Source: Candidatus Heimdallarchaeum endolithica (GTDB lineage Archaea > Asgardarchaeota > Heimdallarchaeia > Heimdallarchaeales > Heimdallarchaeaceae). From it: a DNA stretch of 32,000 nt. The stretch covers positions 2,461,174 to 2,493,173 of the forward strand of contig CP084167.1 in NCBI GenBank assembly GCA_021513715.1, written 5' to 3'. Below the pieces are notes generated by a model that was not told the origin of the DNA, ran no database searches, and was given only the letters and a program-made list of their open reading frames with translations. Below are positions 1 through 15,614 of this stretch, one piece after another (the first letter of the stretch is position 1; each line of letters starts with the position of its first letter). The position numbers and the translations under genes are program-made.

Positions 1-3000
1 CCATTCGCGCATTGGAAGGAACAGAGGGTATACGCCTTCGACCAGCTATGTATATAGGGTCAACAGGAGTAGATGGTTTACATCACTTGTGCTATGAAGT
101 GATTGATAATAGTGTAGATGAATACATGGCAGGATATTGTAAAAATATTCAGATAGTTTTGCATAAGGGAAATGGAATATCAATTTTTGATGATGGAAGA
201 GGGATACCTGTTGGTCCTCACAAAAAATACAAACAAGATGCTCTAGAGGTAATTTTAACCCGTATTCATTCTGGAGGAAAATTTGATAAAACGGCATATA
301 AAGTCTCAGGTGGATTGCATGGTGTAGGTCTTGCAGCTGTCAACGCTTTATCTAGGACATTTTTAGTAAAAGTTTACAGAAATGGTAAAGAATATACCCA
401 AGAATATTCCAAAGGGAAACCTGTAACAGAAATTATAATAAAAGAACAAGCAGCAGAGCCAATCACAGGAACTTACATCTATTTTGAAGCTGATGATGAA
501 ATATTTTCTACTGTAGAGTTTTCTTTTGATACTCTATCCAGAAGGATAAAAGAGATGGCTTATTTAAATAAAAATTTGCGTTTTGTACTTATTGATGAAA
601 GAGGAGAAGAAGTTAAAAAAGTAGAGTATTTATTTGAAGGTGGATTAAGGCAGTTTGTTTTAGACTTATGTGCTGGAAAAAAATCTATTTTTGAACCCCC
701 AGATGACGTTTTTCACTTTGAACAGACTATAGATGATATAATAATCGAAATCGCTCTTCAATATAATGCTGGTTATAATGAGGTAATAATGGGTTTTGTT
801 AATGGAATATATACTAGTGAGGGAGGAACCCATATCTCAGGCTTTAAAGCTGGTCTAACTAGAGTTATCAATGATTATGCAAAAGATAAAAACCTTATTC
901 CAAAAGGCGATAGTCTTAGAGGAGAAGATGTACGAGAGGGTATAATCGCAATTGTTTCGATTAAACATCCAGATCCACAATTTGAAGGACAAACAAAAAC
1001 AAAATTGGGAAACAGCGAAGTAGACGGTGTAGTGCAAAGAGTTCTTAGAGAACAGTTTTACGAGTACTTACAAATTAACACAAAAACTGCTAAAAATATT
1101 ATTGAAAAAGCTAATGAAGCACAACGAGCTCGTTTAGCTGCACGTAAAGCTAGAGAATTAGTAAGATTAAAACGAAAACAAGTGAGTCTTCCTGGACGAT
1201 TAATTCAATGTAGAGAGACAGATCCAGAGAAAAGAGAACTGTTCCTAGTAGAAGGTCTGTCTGCTGGTGGAACAGCAATTAAAGCTCGAGATAGTCAATT
1301 TCAAGAAGTATTGTTTCTGAGAGGGAAAGTGATCAATGTCCTTAAATCAAGACAAGTAAAAGCATTAAGTAACAAAGAAATTGAAAGTTTAATTCTTGCA
1401 ATCGGAACTGGAATCGGAGATGATTTTGATTTAGAAAGGTGTAGATACGGAAAAATCATAATACTTAGTGTAGCAAGAGATGAGCCTGTTTTACTTCAAC
1501 ACGATGATGGTACAGTTTTATTTACGCAGATAGGAAAATTTATAGATAAACAATTAGATTCTGGAGATTTATCAAACAATCTTTCACAGTGGAAAGTTGC
1601 CTGTTTCGATTTAATAACTAATAAGGTGAAATTTGCTCCAATAAAAAATGTAATAAGACACAAACACAATGAACCACTTTACGAAATTATTACAATTTAT
1701 AATAGAAAAGTTAAGGTGACTGGAGGTCATAGTGTTTATGTTTATGACAATGGTCAAATAGTTCTTAAGCCAGCAAATCAGATAAAAAAAGGAGACTATA
1801 TCGTTGCACCTAAAAAAATTCCACAACCACAACATCAAATAAAGATAAATCTAGTCAAAGCACTATATAAGCAAAAATATAAATCAAAAATTTTTGTAAA
1901 AGGTGGGAATATTCGAGAAATAGCTGCAAAAAGATTATTGACAAAAATTGCAGAGAAAACAAAGGATGGAATGAACTCTTTTCAAGTCAAGCTCCTCACT
2001 GAGCCTAGAATTATGCTTTCTGAATCAGAATGGAAAATGTTACGCAATATAAGAATAAATAAAGGTTACAGTCAAAGTTTTATAGCGCATAAAATTGGAG
2101 TGAAGCAAGCGATAACTGTATCAGAGTATGAGAGAAAAATTAGTCTCCCAATTAAATCTGTCTTTGATAAATACTTAGAAATTATAAGTTTTGATAAAAA
2201 ATTAAAAACATTAAAATACAAAATTCCAAAAATCGATGAATTAAAACAAGAACATTCAAGCTATAATGACAAATACAGAATTGTTAGTCCATTCAAGAAT
2301 TTAGGATGGTTTACTGCAGAGGAAGTAGAGCTTATAAATAGTAGTTCTGTAATTGTCCCTCGTGCTCATCACGAGGATGCTTTTCCAACGTCTATTTTGT
2401 TGACTAAAGAGCTTGCTTACTTCTTGGGTTGGTATACAGCTGAGGGCTCTATAGGTTCTAGATCTCAAGTAAGACTCCACTTAGGAAAAAAAGATGATAA
2501 ATATATCCCTTATTTGGAAAAGTGCATCAAGAAAGTGTTTAATAAAACTCCAAAAATTTATGTAGATCGCAATAATGTTCGCAATCTATACATTCACAGT
2601 ACTTTTGCTAAGTCAGTAATAGTTGCCCTAGAATTAAATAAAAAGGCGCACGAGAAAAGAGTACCTGATATAATTTTCTCTGCTCCTGGTGAAATACAAT
2701 TAGAATTCTTAAAAGGCTATTTCTTAGGCGATGGTACTTTAACTAAATCATCTTTGTCTTGCTCTACCACTTCAAAAGACCTCTATCATGGTATTAGATA
2801 TCTTTTAGGTATGCATGGTATTTTTACTTCTTCTTATACGTATGTTCCTAATGTTGAAAAACAAAAACAAAATGAAAGTAAAATTATATCTAAAAAGACA
2901 CAATATAGACTTTCCATAACTGGTAAAGAACAGTTGAGAAGAATAGAAAAAATATGGGAAGATTTTGACCAAAGTGAAAAGACAAAAGAATATGTTTCAA

Positions 3001-3743
3001 AGAACTTTACTAAAAATCTACAATTAAAAGCGATATCAGAAGATCTAGTGGCTCTAAAAGTAAAAGATGTCAAAAAAATACCTTTTGAGGGTAATGTGTA
3101 TGACTTTTCAGTAGAATCTGATGAAAACTTTATTTGTGGAGATGGAGGAATTTGTTGTCATAATACAGATGCTGATGTTGATGGAGCTCACATTATGACT
3201 CTTTTACTTACTTTCTTCTATCGATATATGCGTCCATTAATTGAAATAGGAAAGGTTTATGTGGCTGTTCCTCCCCTATTTAGGGTTTATCTAAATCGAG
3301 GAACATCAGAATTGTTAGCAGAGAAGAAACATCAATATTGTTATACAGAACAAGAGAGAGATGAACTTGTTTCCAAGCTGGTGGAAAACGGAATTGATCC
3401 TTCAAGAATAAAAGTTCAAAGATATAAGGGTCTTGGAGAAATGAATGCTGAACAACTAGAATTTACTGCAATGAAACCTTATCATCGCTATTTAGTTCAA
3501 TTGAAAATAGAGGATGCTGCTTCAGCAGACCTGAAATTCGAGCAACTGATGGGAAGCGATGTAACATTTAGGAAAAAGTTCATTATGGAAGAAGTATTCA
3601 AACATGACTCTGAATCCTACAAAAAAGAATATGGGGTTGAGATTCCTGAGGAAGAGGAGGAAGAAGAAATAAAAGAAGCTGAAGAAGAATTAATTGATGT
3701 TGAAATATCTGGCGAAGAAGAACCAGAAGAATTAGAACTATAG
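1..3743 (+). CDS. gyrB: DNA gyrase subunit B, 5'-truncated by the window edge and interrupted by an intein
   Basis: The frame stays open from position 3 (IRALEGTEGIRLRPAMYIGSTG, the conserved GyrB N-terminal motif), so the TTG at 12 is not the real start. GHKL ATPase region: HHLCYEVIDNSVDE, GGLHGVG. Toprim region: ELFLVEGLSAGG. The KIIIL / TDADVDGAHI motif is split by the insert. C-terminal KGLGEM. Ends in an acidic E-rich tail. Confidence 0.95.
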   Translation, partial: IRALEGTEGIRLRPAMYIGSTGVDGLHHLCYEVIDNSVDEYMAGYCKNIQIVLHKGNGISIFDDGRGIPVGPHKKYKQDALEVILTRIHSGGKFDKTAYKVSGGLHGVGLAAVNALSRTFLVKVYRNGKEYTQEYSKGKPVTEIIIKEQAAEPITGTYIYFEADDEIFSTVEFSFDTLSRRIKEMAYLNKNLRFVLIDERGEEVKKVEYLFEGGLRQFVLDLCAGKKSIFEPPDDVFHFEQTIDDIIIEIALQYNAGYNEVIMGFVNGIYTSEGGTHISGFKAGLTRVINDYAKDKNLIPKGDSLRGEDVREGIIAIVSIKHPDPQFEGQTKTKLGNSEVDGVVQRVLREQFYEYLQINTKTAKNIIEKANEAQRARLAARKARELVRLKRKQVSLPGRLIQCRETDPEKRELFLVEGLSAGGTAIKARDSQFQEVLFLRGKVINVLKSRQVKALSNKEIESLILAIGTGIGDDFDLERCRYGKIIILSVARDEPVLLQHDDGTVLFTQIGKFIDKQLDSGDLSNNLSQWKVACFDLITNKVKFAPIKNVIRHKHNEPLYEIITIYNRKVKVTGGHSVYVYDNGQIVLKPANQIKKGDYIVAPKKIPQPQHQIKINLVKALYKQKYKSKIFVKGGNIREIAAKRLLTKIAEKTKDGMNSFQVKLLTEPRIMLSESEWKMLRNIRINKGYSQSFIAHKIGVKQAITVSEYERKISLPIKSVFDKYLEIISFDKKLKTLKYKIPKIDELKQEHSSYNDKYRIVSPFKNLGWFTAEEVELINSSSVIVPRAHHEDAFPTSILLTKELAYFLGWYTAEGSIGSRSQVRLHLGKKDDKYIPYLEKCIKKVFNKTPKIYVDRNNVRNLYIHSTFAKSVIVALELNKKAHEKRVPDIIFSAPGEIQLEFLKGYFLGDGTLTKSSLSCSTTSKDLYHGIRYLLGMHGIFTSSYTYVPNVEKQKQNESKIISKKTQYRLSITGKEQLRRIEKIWEDFDQSEKTKEYVSKNFTKNLQLKAISEDLVALKVKDVKKIPFEGNVYDFSVESDENFICGDGGICCHNTDADVDGAHIMTLLLTFFYRYMRPLIEIGKVYVAVPPLFRVYLNRGTSELLAEKKHQYCYTEQERDELVSKLVENGIDPSRIKVQRYKGLGEMNAEQLEFTAMKPYHRYLVQLKIEDAASADLKFEQLMGSDVTFRKKFIMEEVFKHDSESYKKEYGVEIPEEEEEEEIKEAEEELIDVEISGEEEPEELEL
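1467..3164 (+). mobile_element. GyrB intein (566 aa) with a LAGLIDADG homing-endonuclease domain and an XRE-type HTH segment
   Basis: Inserted exactly inside the conserved KIII(L) | TDADVDG Toprim motif. Starts with Ser (SVARDEPVLL) and has block B VTGGHSVYV. LAGLIDADG motifs: LAYFLGWYTAEGSIG and LEFLKGYFLGDGTL. C-terminal VYDFSVESDENFICGDGGICCHN is followed by Thr +1. Confidence 0.9.
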
Positions 3744-3750
3744 GGTGTAG

Positions 3751-7563
<3,813 letters not shown>

Positions 7564-7575
7564 TTTCGGTCAATC

Positions 7576-7583
7576 TTTATATA
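7576..7583 (+). promoter_or_regulatory. TATA box candidate (TTTATATA) for the downstream ATPase gene
   Basis: TTTATATA is centred about 32 nt upstream of ATG 7612. This implies a very short or absent 5' UTR. No SD is visible. Confidence 0.5.
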
Positions 7584-7611
7584 TTTTGACCACCTTTTTT
7601 ATTTGAAATAT

Positions 7612-9486
7612 ATGCTACCAATTTTGAATAGTTTGGAAGTAACGGAAGTTATACCTATATCAGAATCAGCAACAAGAAGGTTCCAGTTTTATGCTGGCAT
7701 AAATGCAATGGTTGCAGAAAATGCAAAAGGAAAAACTACTTTGTGTGATATTATCGAACGTTCAATTTGTTCAGATGCTCATGCTCAGCGTTATTCTGCA
7801 TTTGCAAGAAAAAGAAAAACAAAAGATGCATACATCAAAAGCTCTTGGTTAATGGATACTGAAGTGCAAATTCATCAAGCTTTAACTGATGCAGGAGTAA
7901 AAACGACAGTATCAGATCGTGGAGGAGGAAAAAAAACACTTCCAAGACAAGAATATTCTAACTTTCTTAGTAGAAAACTTCATTTAACATTGAATGAATT
8001 CCAAGAACTTTTTCAGAGTTTATATTACAAAAGAGAAGATGATTTTACTCTCCTGGGAAGAACTGAAGAGACAGATCCACAATTATTAGCTTTTTTTAAG
8101 TTACTAAACAAGTTTACTTCTGGTTCTCCTGATGATATTAGGTTAAGACAAGAAATTAACCAGAAAAAAACAGAGAAAAAAGAACTACAAGATAAATTAC
8201 GTAAAATCGAGGAAGAAGAAAATAAAATCAGAACAGTTATGAATACAATAGGTATTTCAGAGGTAAGTGAAGCCATACTTGATGCCAAATATGATGATTT
8301 ATCACGAAAAATAACAGAAAAAAGGAGAGAGCTGGAAAATATCGAAAAAGTGAAAAGCCGTATTGAAGAAGAAATAGACAAAGAAACTGATGAGTTGTAT
8401 AATGTTAAAGATGAGCACTTTCTTAATGCAGTAAAAGAGTTAGAAAAAATAAAATCAGAATTGAGTTTAAAGAAAAAAGAAAGGATTCAAGTACAAAGGG
8501 AAATAGCTGCTGCATCAAAAGTAGGTAACGAAAAATATGGTTATTTGAAAGAAAAAGTGTCCAGAAAGCCTAAATGTGAATTCTGTGGTACAAATTTAGC
8601 TGAGGAATGGAATAATAGACTACAGGTGGGTTGCCCATTATGTGGGACAGAATGGGCAAAGTTGTCAAGAGAATTAAGGGAAGGATTGTTTGCTGAACCA
8701 GAAAAACCTGATACTGCAAGTTTAGAATTAAAATTAGAAGAAATCGACATTGAGATAAAAAAATTAGAAAGTGAGATCAGAAATAAGGAAGTAGAAGTTA
8801 ATGAAGTTAAATCAGCAGAAAGAATAATTCAAAATAAGATAATAGAGCTGAAAACTAAATTAAAAATGCGAGAAAAAGAAATAAAAAGTTTAACTCAAAC
8901 TATTCATTCGCTAACAAATCAACAAATATCAATAAAAACAGAAAAAGAATTTTTAACAACTAAAGTTAATCTACAAGAGTTATTAAGAAAAAAATTGGAT
9001 TTACAGAAAAGAATAGATGAGAAACAAGATGAACTTGATGAACTACAAAAACTAGAAAACATATCTCATGAACGAAATCAAATACTAGAAAATTTTCAGC
9101 AAGCAACATTGGAAATATTTGGGTACGGTATGTTAGTCAATCCTAAAGAGATGTCAATAACTTTAATGGTTGACCACTCAACAAGAGCTTATGAAAGTTT
9201 GTCAGGAGGAGAAAAATACTTTATAGATATATGTTTGAGAATAGCAGTATGGAAGTATCTTTTAAAAAATGGATTTACAAGACAAGGAATGTTAATTATT
9301 GATTCACCAGAAAATTCACTAGATAATGAAAGACTGGGACTGCTAGCTGAGGTTTTAAACTCTGAAAAAGAAAATTTTCTTTTTATCGTTACAACAAGGA
9401 ATCAAGAGTTCTACGAAAAATTAGATGCACAAATAATAGATAGTGGAAAATTCGTTCAAACATCCTTGTTTGACTTTATAAAATAA
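7612..9486 (+). CDS. SMC/Rad50-like ABC ATPase with a long coiled coil and a central 4-Cys zinc ribbon
   Basis: N-terminal Walker A: AENAKGKTT. About 380 aa are K/E/L-rich heptad-like sequence. CEFCGT-x17-CPLCGT sits mid-coil. C-terminal ABC signature LSGGEKY, Walker B MLIIDSPE and D-loop SLD. ATG 7612 is preferred over the TTG 7603 given in the ORF track. Confidence 0.75.
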   Translation: MLPILNSLEVTEVIPISESATRRFQFYAGINAMVAENAKGKTTLCDIIERSICSDAHAQRYSAFARKRKTKDAYIKSSWLMDTEVQIHQALTDAGVKTTVSDRGGGKKTLPRQEYSNFLSRKLHLTLNEFQELFQSLYYKREDDFTLLGRTEETDPQLLAFFKLLNKFTSGSPDDIRLRQEINQKKTEKKELQDKLRKIEEEENKIRTVMNTIGISEVSEAILDAKYDDLSRKITEKRRELENIEKVKSRIEEEIDKETDELYNVKDEHFLNAVKELEKIKSELSLKKKERIQVQREIAAASKVGNEKYGYLKEKVSRKPKCEFCGTNLAEEWNNRLQVGCPLCGTEWAKLSRELREGLFAEPEKPDTASLELKLEEIDIEIKKLESEIRNKEVEVNEVKSAERIIQNKIIELKTKLKMREKEIKSLTQTIHSLTNQQISIKTEKEFLTTKVNLQELLRKKLDLQKRIDEKQDELDELQKLENISHERNQILENFQQATLEIFGYGMLVNPKEMSITLMVDHSTRAYESLSGGEKYFIDICLRIAVWKYLLKNGFTRQGMLIIDSPENSLDNERLGLLAEVLNSEKENFLFIVTTRNQEFYEKLDAQIIDSGKFVQTSLFDFIK

Positions 9487-9491
9487 TATTC

Positions 9492-11608
<2,117 letters not shown>

Positions 11609-11642
11609 ATTCTAAACCTATCAGTAAGTAAGGGTTATTTCA

Positions 11643-13982
11643 GTGTCGATAGAAACTTGCTTAATAGAAGTGTCCGGGATTGTACAAGGAATCGGTTATA
11701 GACCATTTGTTTACAGCCTAGCTACATCTATAGGTATTAAGGGTACTGTACAAAATTTAGGTGATGCTGGTGTTAGAATCATAGCAGTGGGAACGAGAGA
11801 TAAAGTAAATTTGTTTATTGAAAAACTAAAATCTAACAAACCTAAACTTTGTGTATATGATTCCTTTATAGTTAAATGGAATGTGAAACAGAGTACTCTC
11901 CCACAAAAATTCGAAATAATAAAAAGTTCAAACGAAAAATTGGGTGCTGGGTTCTCTTACTTGCCTCCTGATATTGCAATATGTGATCAATGTGTCAATG
12001 AGTTATTGCACTCCAATGATATAAGAAGAAAAGATTACCCATTTAATTCTTGTGTGGATTGCGGGCCTCGCTTTACTGTGATAGACAAGTTGCCTTATGA
12101 TAGACCAAATACTGTAATGAGAGATTTTCCTTTTTGCGATGAGTGCTTAAATGACTATTTATCCCCAGATGATAGAAGATTTCATGCTCAAACAACTTGT
12201 TGTCACTACTGTGGTCCAAAATATTTATTATACGATAAAAATGGAGATGAACTTCCTTATTCTAGTCACAGTGAAATTGTAAAGTTTGTTGCTCAACAAA
12301 TAGAAGAAGGGAAAATTGTGGCAATTAAAGGAATAGGTGGAACACACATTGCTTGTTCAACAAAGAATGATAAGGTCTTACTGCGATTAAGAGAAGTGAA
12401 AGGAAAAAGAAAATATAAACCATTTGCTATAATGGCAAAGGATATTGAAAGTATTCTCTCTTTTGCTCATGTAAATGAAAAAGAAAAAGAGTTGCTTGAG
12501 AGTTTTAGGAGACCAATAGTGTTGTTAGATAAAAGTTCTGATTATGATCTATCAGAGTGGGTTTCTCCCAAACTACATAATATTGGGGTAATGTTACCCT
12601 ATGCAGGCGTTCACTATATGCTTTTTGAATATTTAAAAGATTCAACTATTGTTATGACGAGTGCAAATCCTTCTAACTATCCAATGTTTATTGAAAATGA
12701 TGAAATAATTAGTAAACTTCCTTATGTTGATTTCTTTCTTCTTCACAATAGAACAATATACCAGCGCTGTGATGACTCTGTTCTAAGAATAAATAATATT
12801 GACAATAAATACTCAATCAAATTTTTAAGAAGATCAAGAGGATGGGTTCCTGAACCATTAATAGCTCATGTAGATATAGGAAATAAAACCTTGCTGGCAG
12901 TAGGGGGTGAAATGCATCTCATTCCATCTTTAATGAAAGGAAATAGAATTATCCCTACTCAGTATATCGGCACTGTTACATTAATGGAAACTCTTGATTT
13001 TATGCTTAATGCAATAAAACATTTTACTGATCTTTATCAGGTTAAGATTGATTCAATAGCTTATGATCTTCACCCTCAATATATGACTTCTACAAGTATC
13101 AATGAAATAAGTGATTTTTTTGGTGCCAATAGTTACACTGCGTTTCAACATCATAAAGCACATATTGCCAGTGTGGCATTAGAACACCAAATAGACCCTG
13201 AAGAGGAAATTTTGGGTCTAGCGATAGATGGAACTGGCTATGGTGATGATAAATCAATTTGGGGTGGTGAAATATTTGGGGGAAAAATATATTCGTTAGA
13301 ACGTGTAGCTCATAATGAACGTTTTTATTTACCTGGGGGAGATCTAGCTGTAAAATATCCGTTACGAACACTGCTCTCATTTTTAGTAAAAAATTATACT
13401 GATGATGAAATATTTAACATACTCCCTCAAATTTCTTTACAACATACTTCTGAAGAATCAATAAGATTCGTTTTAGCTCAATTAAGATCAAAAAAACTTC
13501 CTTCAACTTTTATTACTTCAAGCACTGGACGATTCTTGGATGCTGTTAGTTTTTTTCTAAATCTCTGCGCTGAACAGACGTTTGAGGGCGAACCAGCTAT
13601 CAAGTTAGAAAGTCATGCTTATAATGTTAAAGAAAAAGAGCCATGTATTGATTTTCAATGGAAAGGAGATGAATTAAACCTCTCTAATATCTTTCCCCAA
13701 ATTAACGAATATAAAAAATCTTTTTCTACACATGCCATTGCTTCTGCAGTCCAAAAGGCATTAGGAAGGAGTTATGGGCTACGATTAAATGAATATGCAG
13801 AAGAAAGAGGCGTTGATAAAGTTTTAATTTCTGGTGGAGTATCTTTTAATCAAATTATCACTAAGAATATAGTTGAGGAAATTAATACAAAGCGTATTAG
13901 TGTATTCTTTAATGAAAAAGTTTCTCCTGGGGATGGAGGGATATCAGTTGGACAACTTTACCTTTTGTCTCTAAGATATTAA
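11643..13982 (+). CDS. hypF: [NiFe] hydrogenase maturation carbamoyltransferase HypF
   Basis: N-terminal acylphosphatase-like domain (VSGIVQGIGYRPFVY). Two CxxC-x18-CxxC zinc-finger pairs (CDQC...CVDCGPRF, CDEC...CHYCGP). YrdC-like segment (IKGIGGTHIA). Kae1-like C-terminal domain. 779 aa, GTG start. Confidence 0.9.
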   Translation: MSIETCLIEVSGIVQGIGYRPFVYSLATSIGIKGTVQNLGDAGVRIIAVGTRDKVNLFIEKLKSNKPKLCVYDSFIVKWNVKQSTLPQKFEIIKSSNEKLGAGFSYLPPDIAICDQCVNELLHSNDIRRKDYPFNSCVDCGPRFTVIDKLPYDRPNTVMRDFPFCDECLNDYLSPDDRRFHAQTTCCHYCGPKYLLYDKNGDELPYSSHSEIVKFVAQQIEEGKIVAIKGIGGTHIACSTKNDKVLLRLREVKGKRKYKPFAIMAKDIESILSFAHVNEKEKELLESFRRPIVLLDKSSDYDLSEWVSPKLHNIGVMLPYAGVHYMLFEYLKDSTIVMTSANPSNYPMFIENDEIISKLPYVDFFLLHNRTIYQRCDDSVLRINNIDNKYSIKFLRRSRGWVPEPLIAHVDIGNKTLLAVGGEMHLIPSLMKGNRIIPTQYIGTVTLMETLDFMLNAIKHFTDLYQVKIDSIAYDLHPQYMTSTSINEISDFFGANSYTAFQHHKAHIASVALEHQIDPEEEILGLAIDGTGYGDDKSIWGGEIFGGKIYSLERVAHNERFYLPGGDLAVKYPLRTLLSFLVKNYTDDEIFNILPQISLQHTSEESIRFVLAQLRSKKLPSTFITSSTGRFLDAVSFFLNLCAEQTFEGEPAIKLESHAYNVKEKEPCIDFQWKGDELNLSNIFPQINEYKKSFSTHAIASAVQKALGRSYGLRLNEYAEERGVDKVLISGGVSFNQIITKNIVEEINTKRISVFFNEKVSPGDGGISVGQLYLLSLRY

Positions 13983-14086
13983 ATATAAATTTGCCTTATT
14001 TTTTCTCCAGAATATGGATATTGCATTATTTTTAATTTAGAGTTAAGTTTTTTTTTACGTTTTCACTTCAGTGTGCTAGCTTCTCC

Positions 14087-14106
14087 CACAAGAAAGGTTT
14101 TAAACA
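14087..14106 (+). promoter_or_regulatory. BRE/TATA promoter module CACAAGAAAGGTTTTAAACA of the membrane-arm operon
   Basis: Purine-rich BRE-like AGAAAGG followed by TTTTAAACA, about 95 nt upstream of ATG 14200. An identical 20-mer lies on the minus strand at 24104-24123 ahead of the other half-operon. Confidence 0.6.
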
Positions 14107-14141
14107 TAAACTTATTGTTCGTTACATATCACACACAAAAA

Positions 14142-14163
14142 GTAACAAATAGTAGTTTGTTAC
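14142..14163. promoter_or_regulatory. Perfect 8-6-8 palindrome GTAACAAA-TAGTAG-TTTGTTAC, operator candidate
   Basis: Read directly from the sequence. Lies between the predicted TATA (14098-14106) and the SD (TAAGGAGG, 14181-14188). An extra GTTAC half-site sits at 14121-14125. Confidence 0.4.
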
Positions 14164-14193
14164 AAAAGGAAATAGGATCCTAAGGAGGATTAA

Positions 14194-15201
<1,008 letters not shown>

Positions 15202-15212
15202 GAGTGATTGTT

Positions 15213-15614
15213 ATGGAAGAATGGATAGCTTTACTTTTTGATATAGGTCTTGGAGCTCTGGTTGTATTATTAATTTATGCAATCAGCTGGAAAGTTAGAA
15301 AAATCTTGGGTTCTCAACCTGAGAAACAGAGTAAGAAGAAAAGGCAACTGTTCCAAAGTGGGGATGCAATAGAAGCAAAACCACGTCGAATGTATATTGA
15401 CACATATGTCTTTATTGCTTACTTTGTGTTATTTGATGTTGCTGCTTTTATTCTTGCAACAGTGTTCTTTATCACAAAAGCCAACCCCAATTACACCGAT
15501 AGTATCACTCTTGCTTTAGTATATTCTTCAATCGTTCTTGCTACACTATTGTTTGCAATGAAAAAGAGGTATCCTAGAGATGTGATTGACCCTATTAATG
15601 GAGGATTGAAATAA
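15213..15614 (+). CDS. Membrane subunit, NuoA/ND3-like
   Basis: Three predicted TM segments. FQSGDAIEAKPRRMYIDTYVFIAYFVLFDVAAFIL parallels the NuoA YECG...F.V.FY..A.LF.IFD.E region. ATG 15213 with SD GGAG at 15201 is preferred over GTG 15204. Confidence 0.6.
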   Translation: MEEWIALLFDIGLGALVVLLIYAISWKVRKILGSQPEKQSKKKRQLFQSGDAIEAKPRRMYIDTYVFIAYFVLFDVAAFILATVFFITKANPNYTDSITLALVYSSIVLATLLFAMKKRYPRDVIDPINGGLK

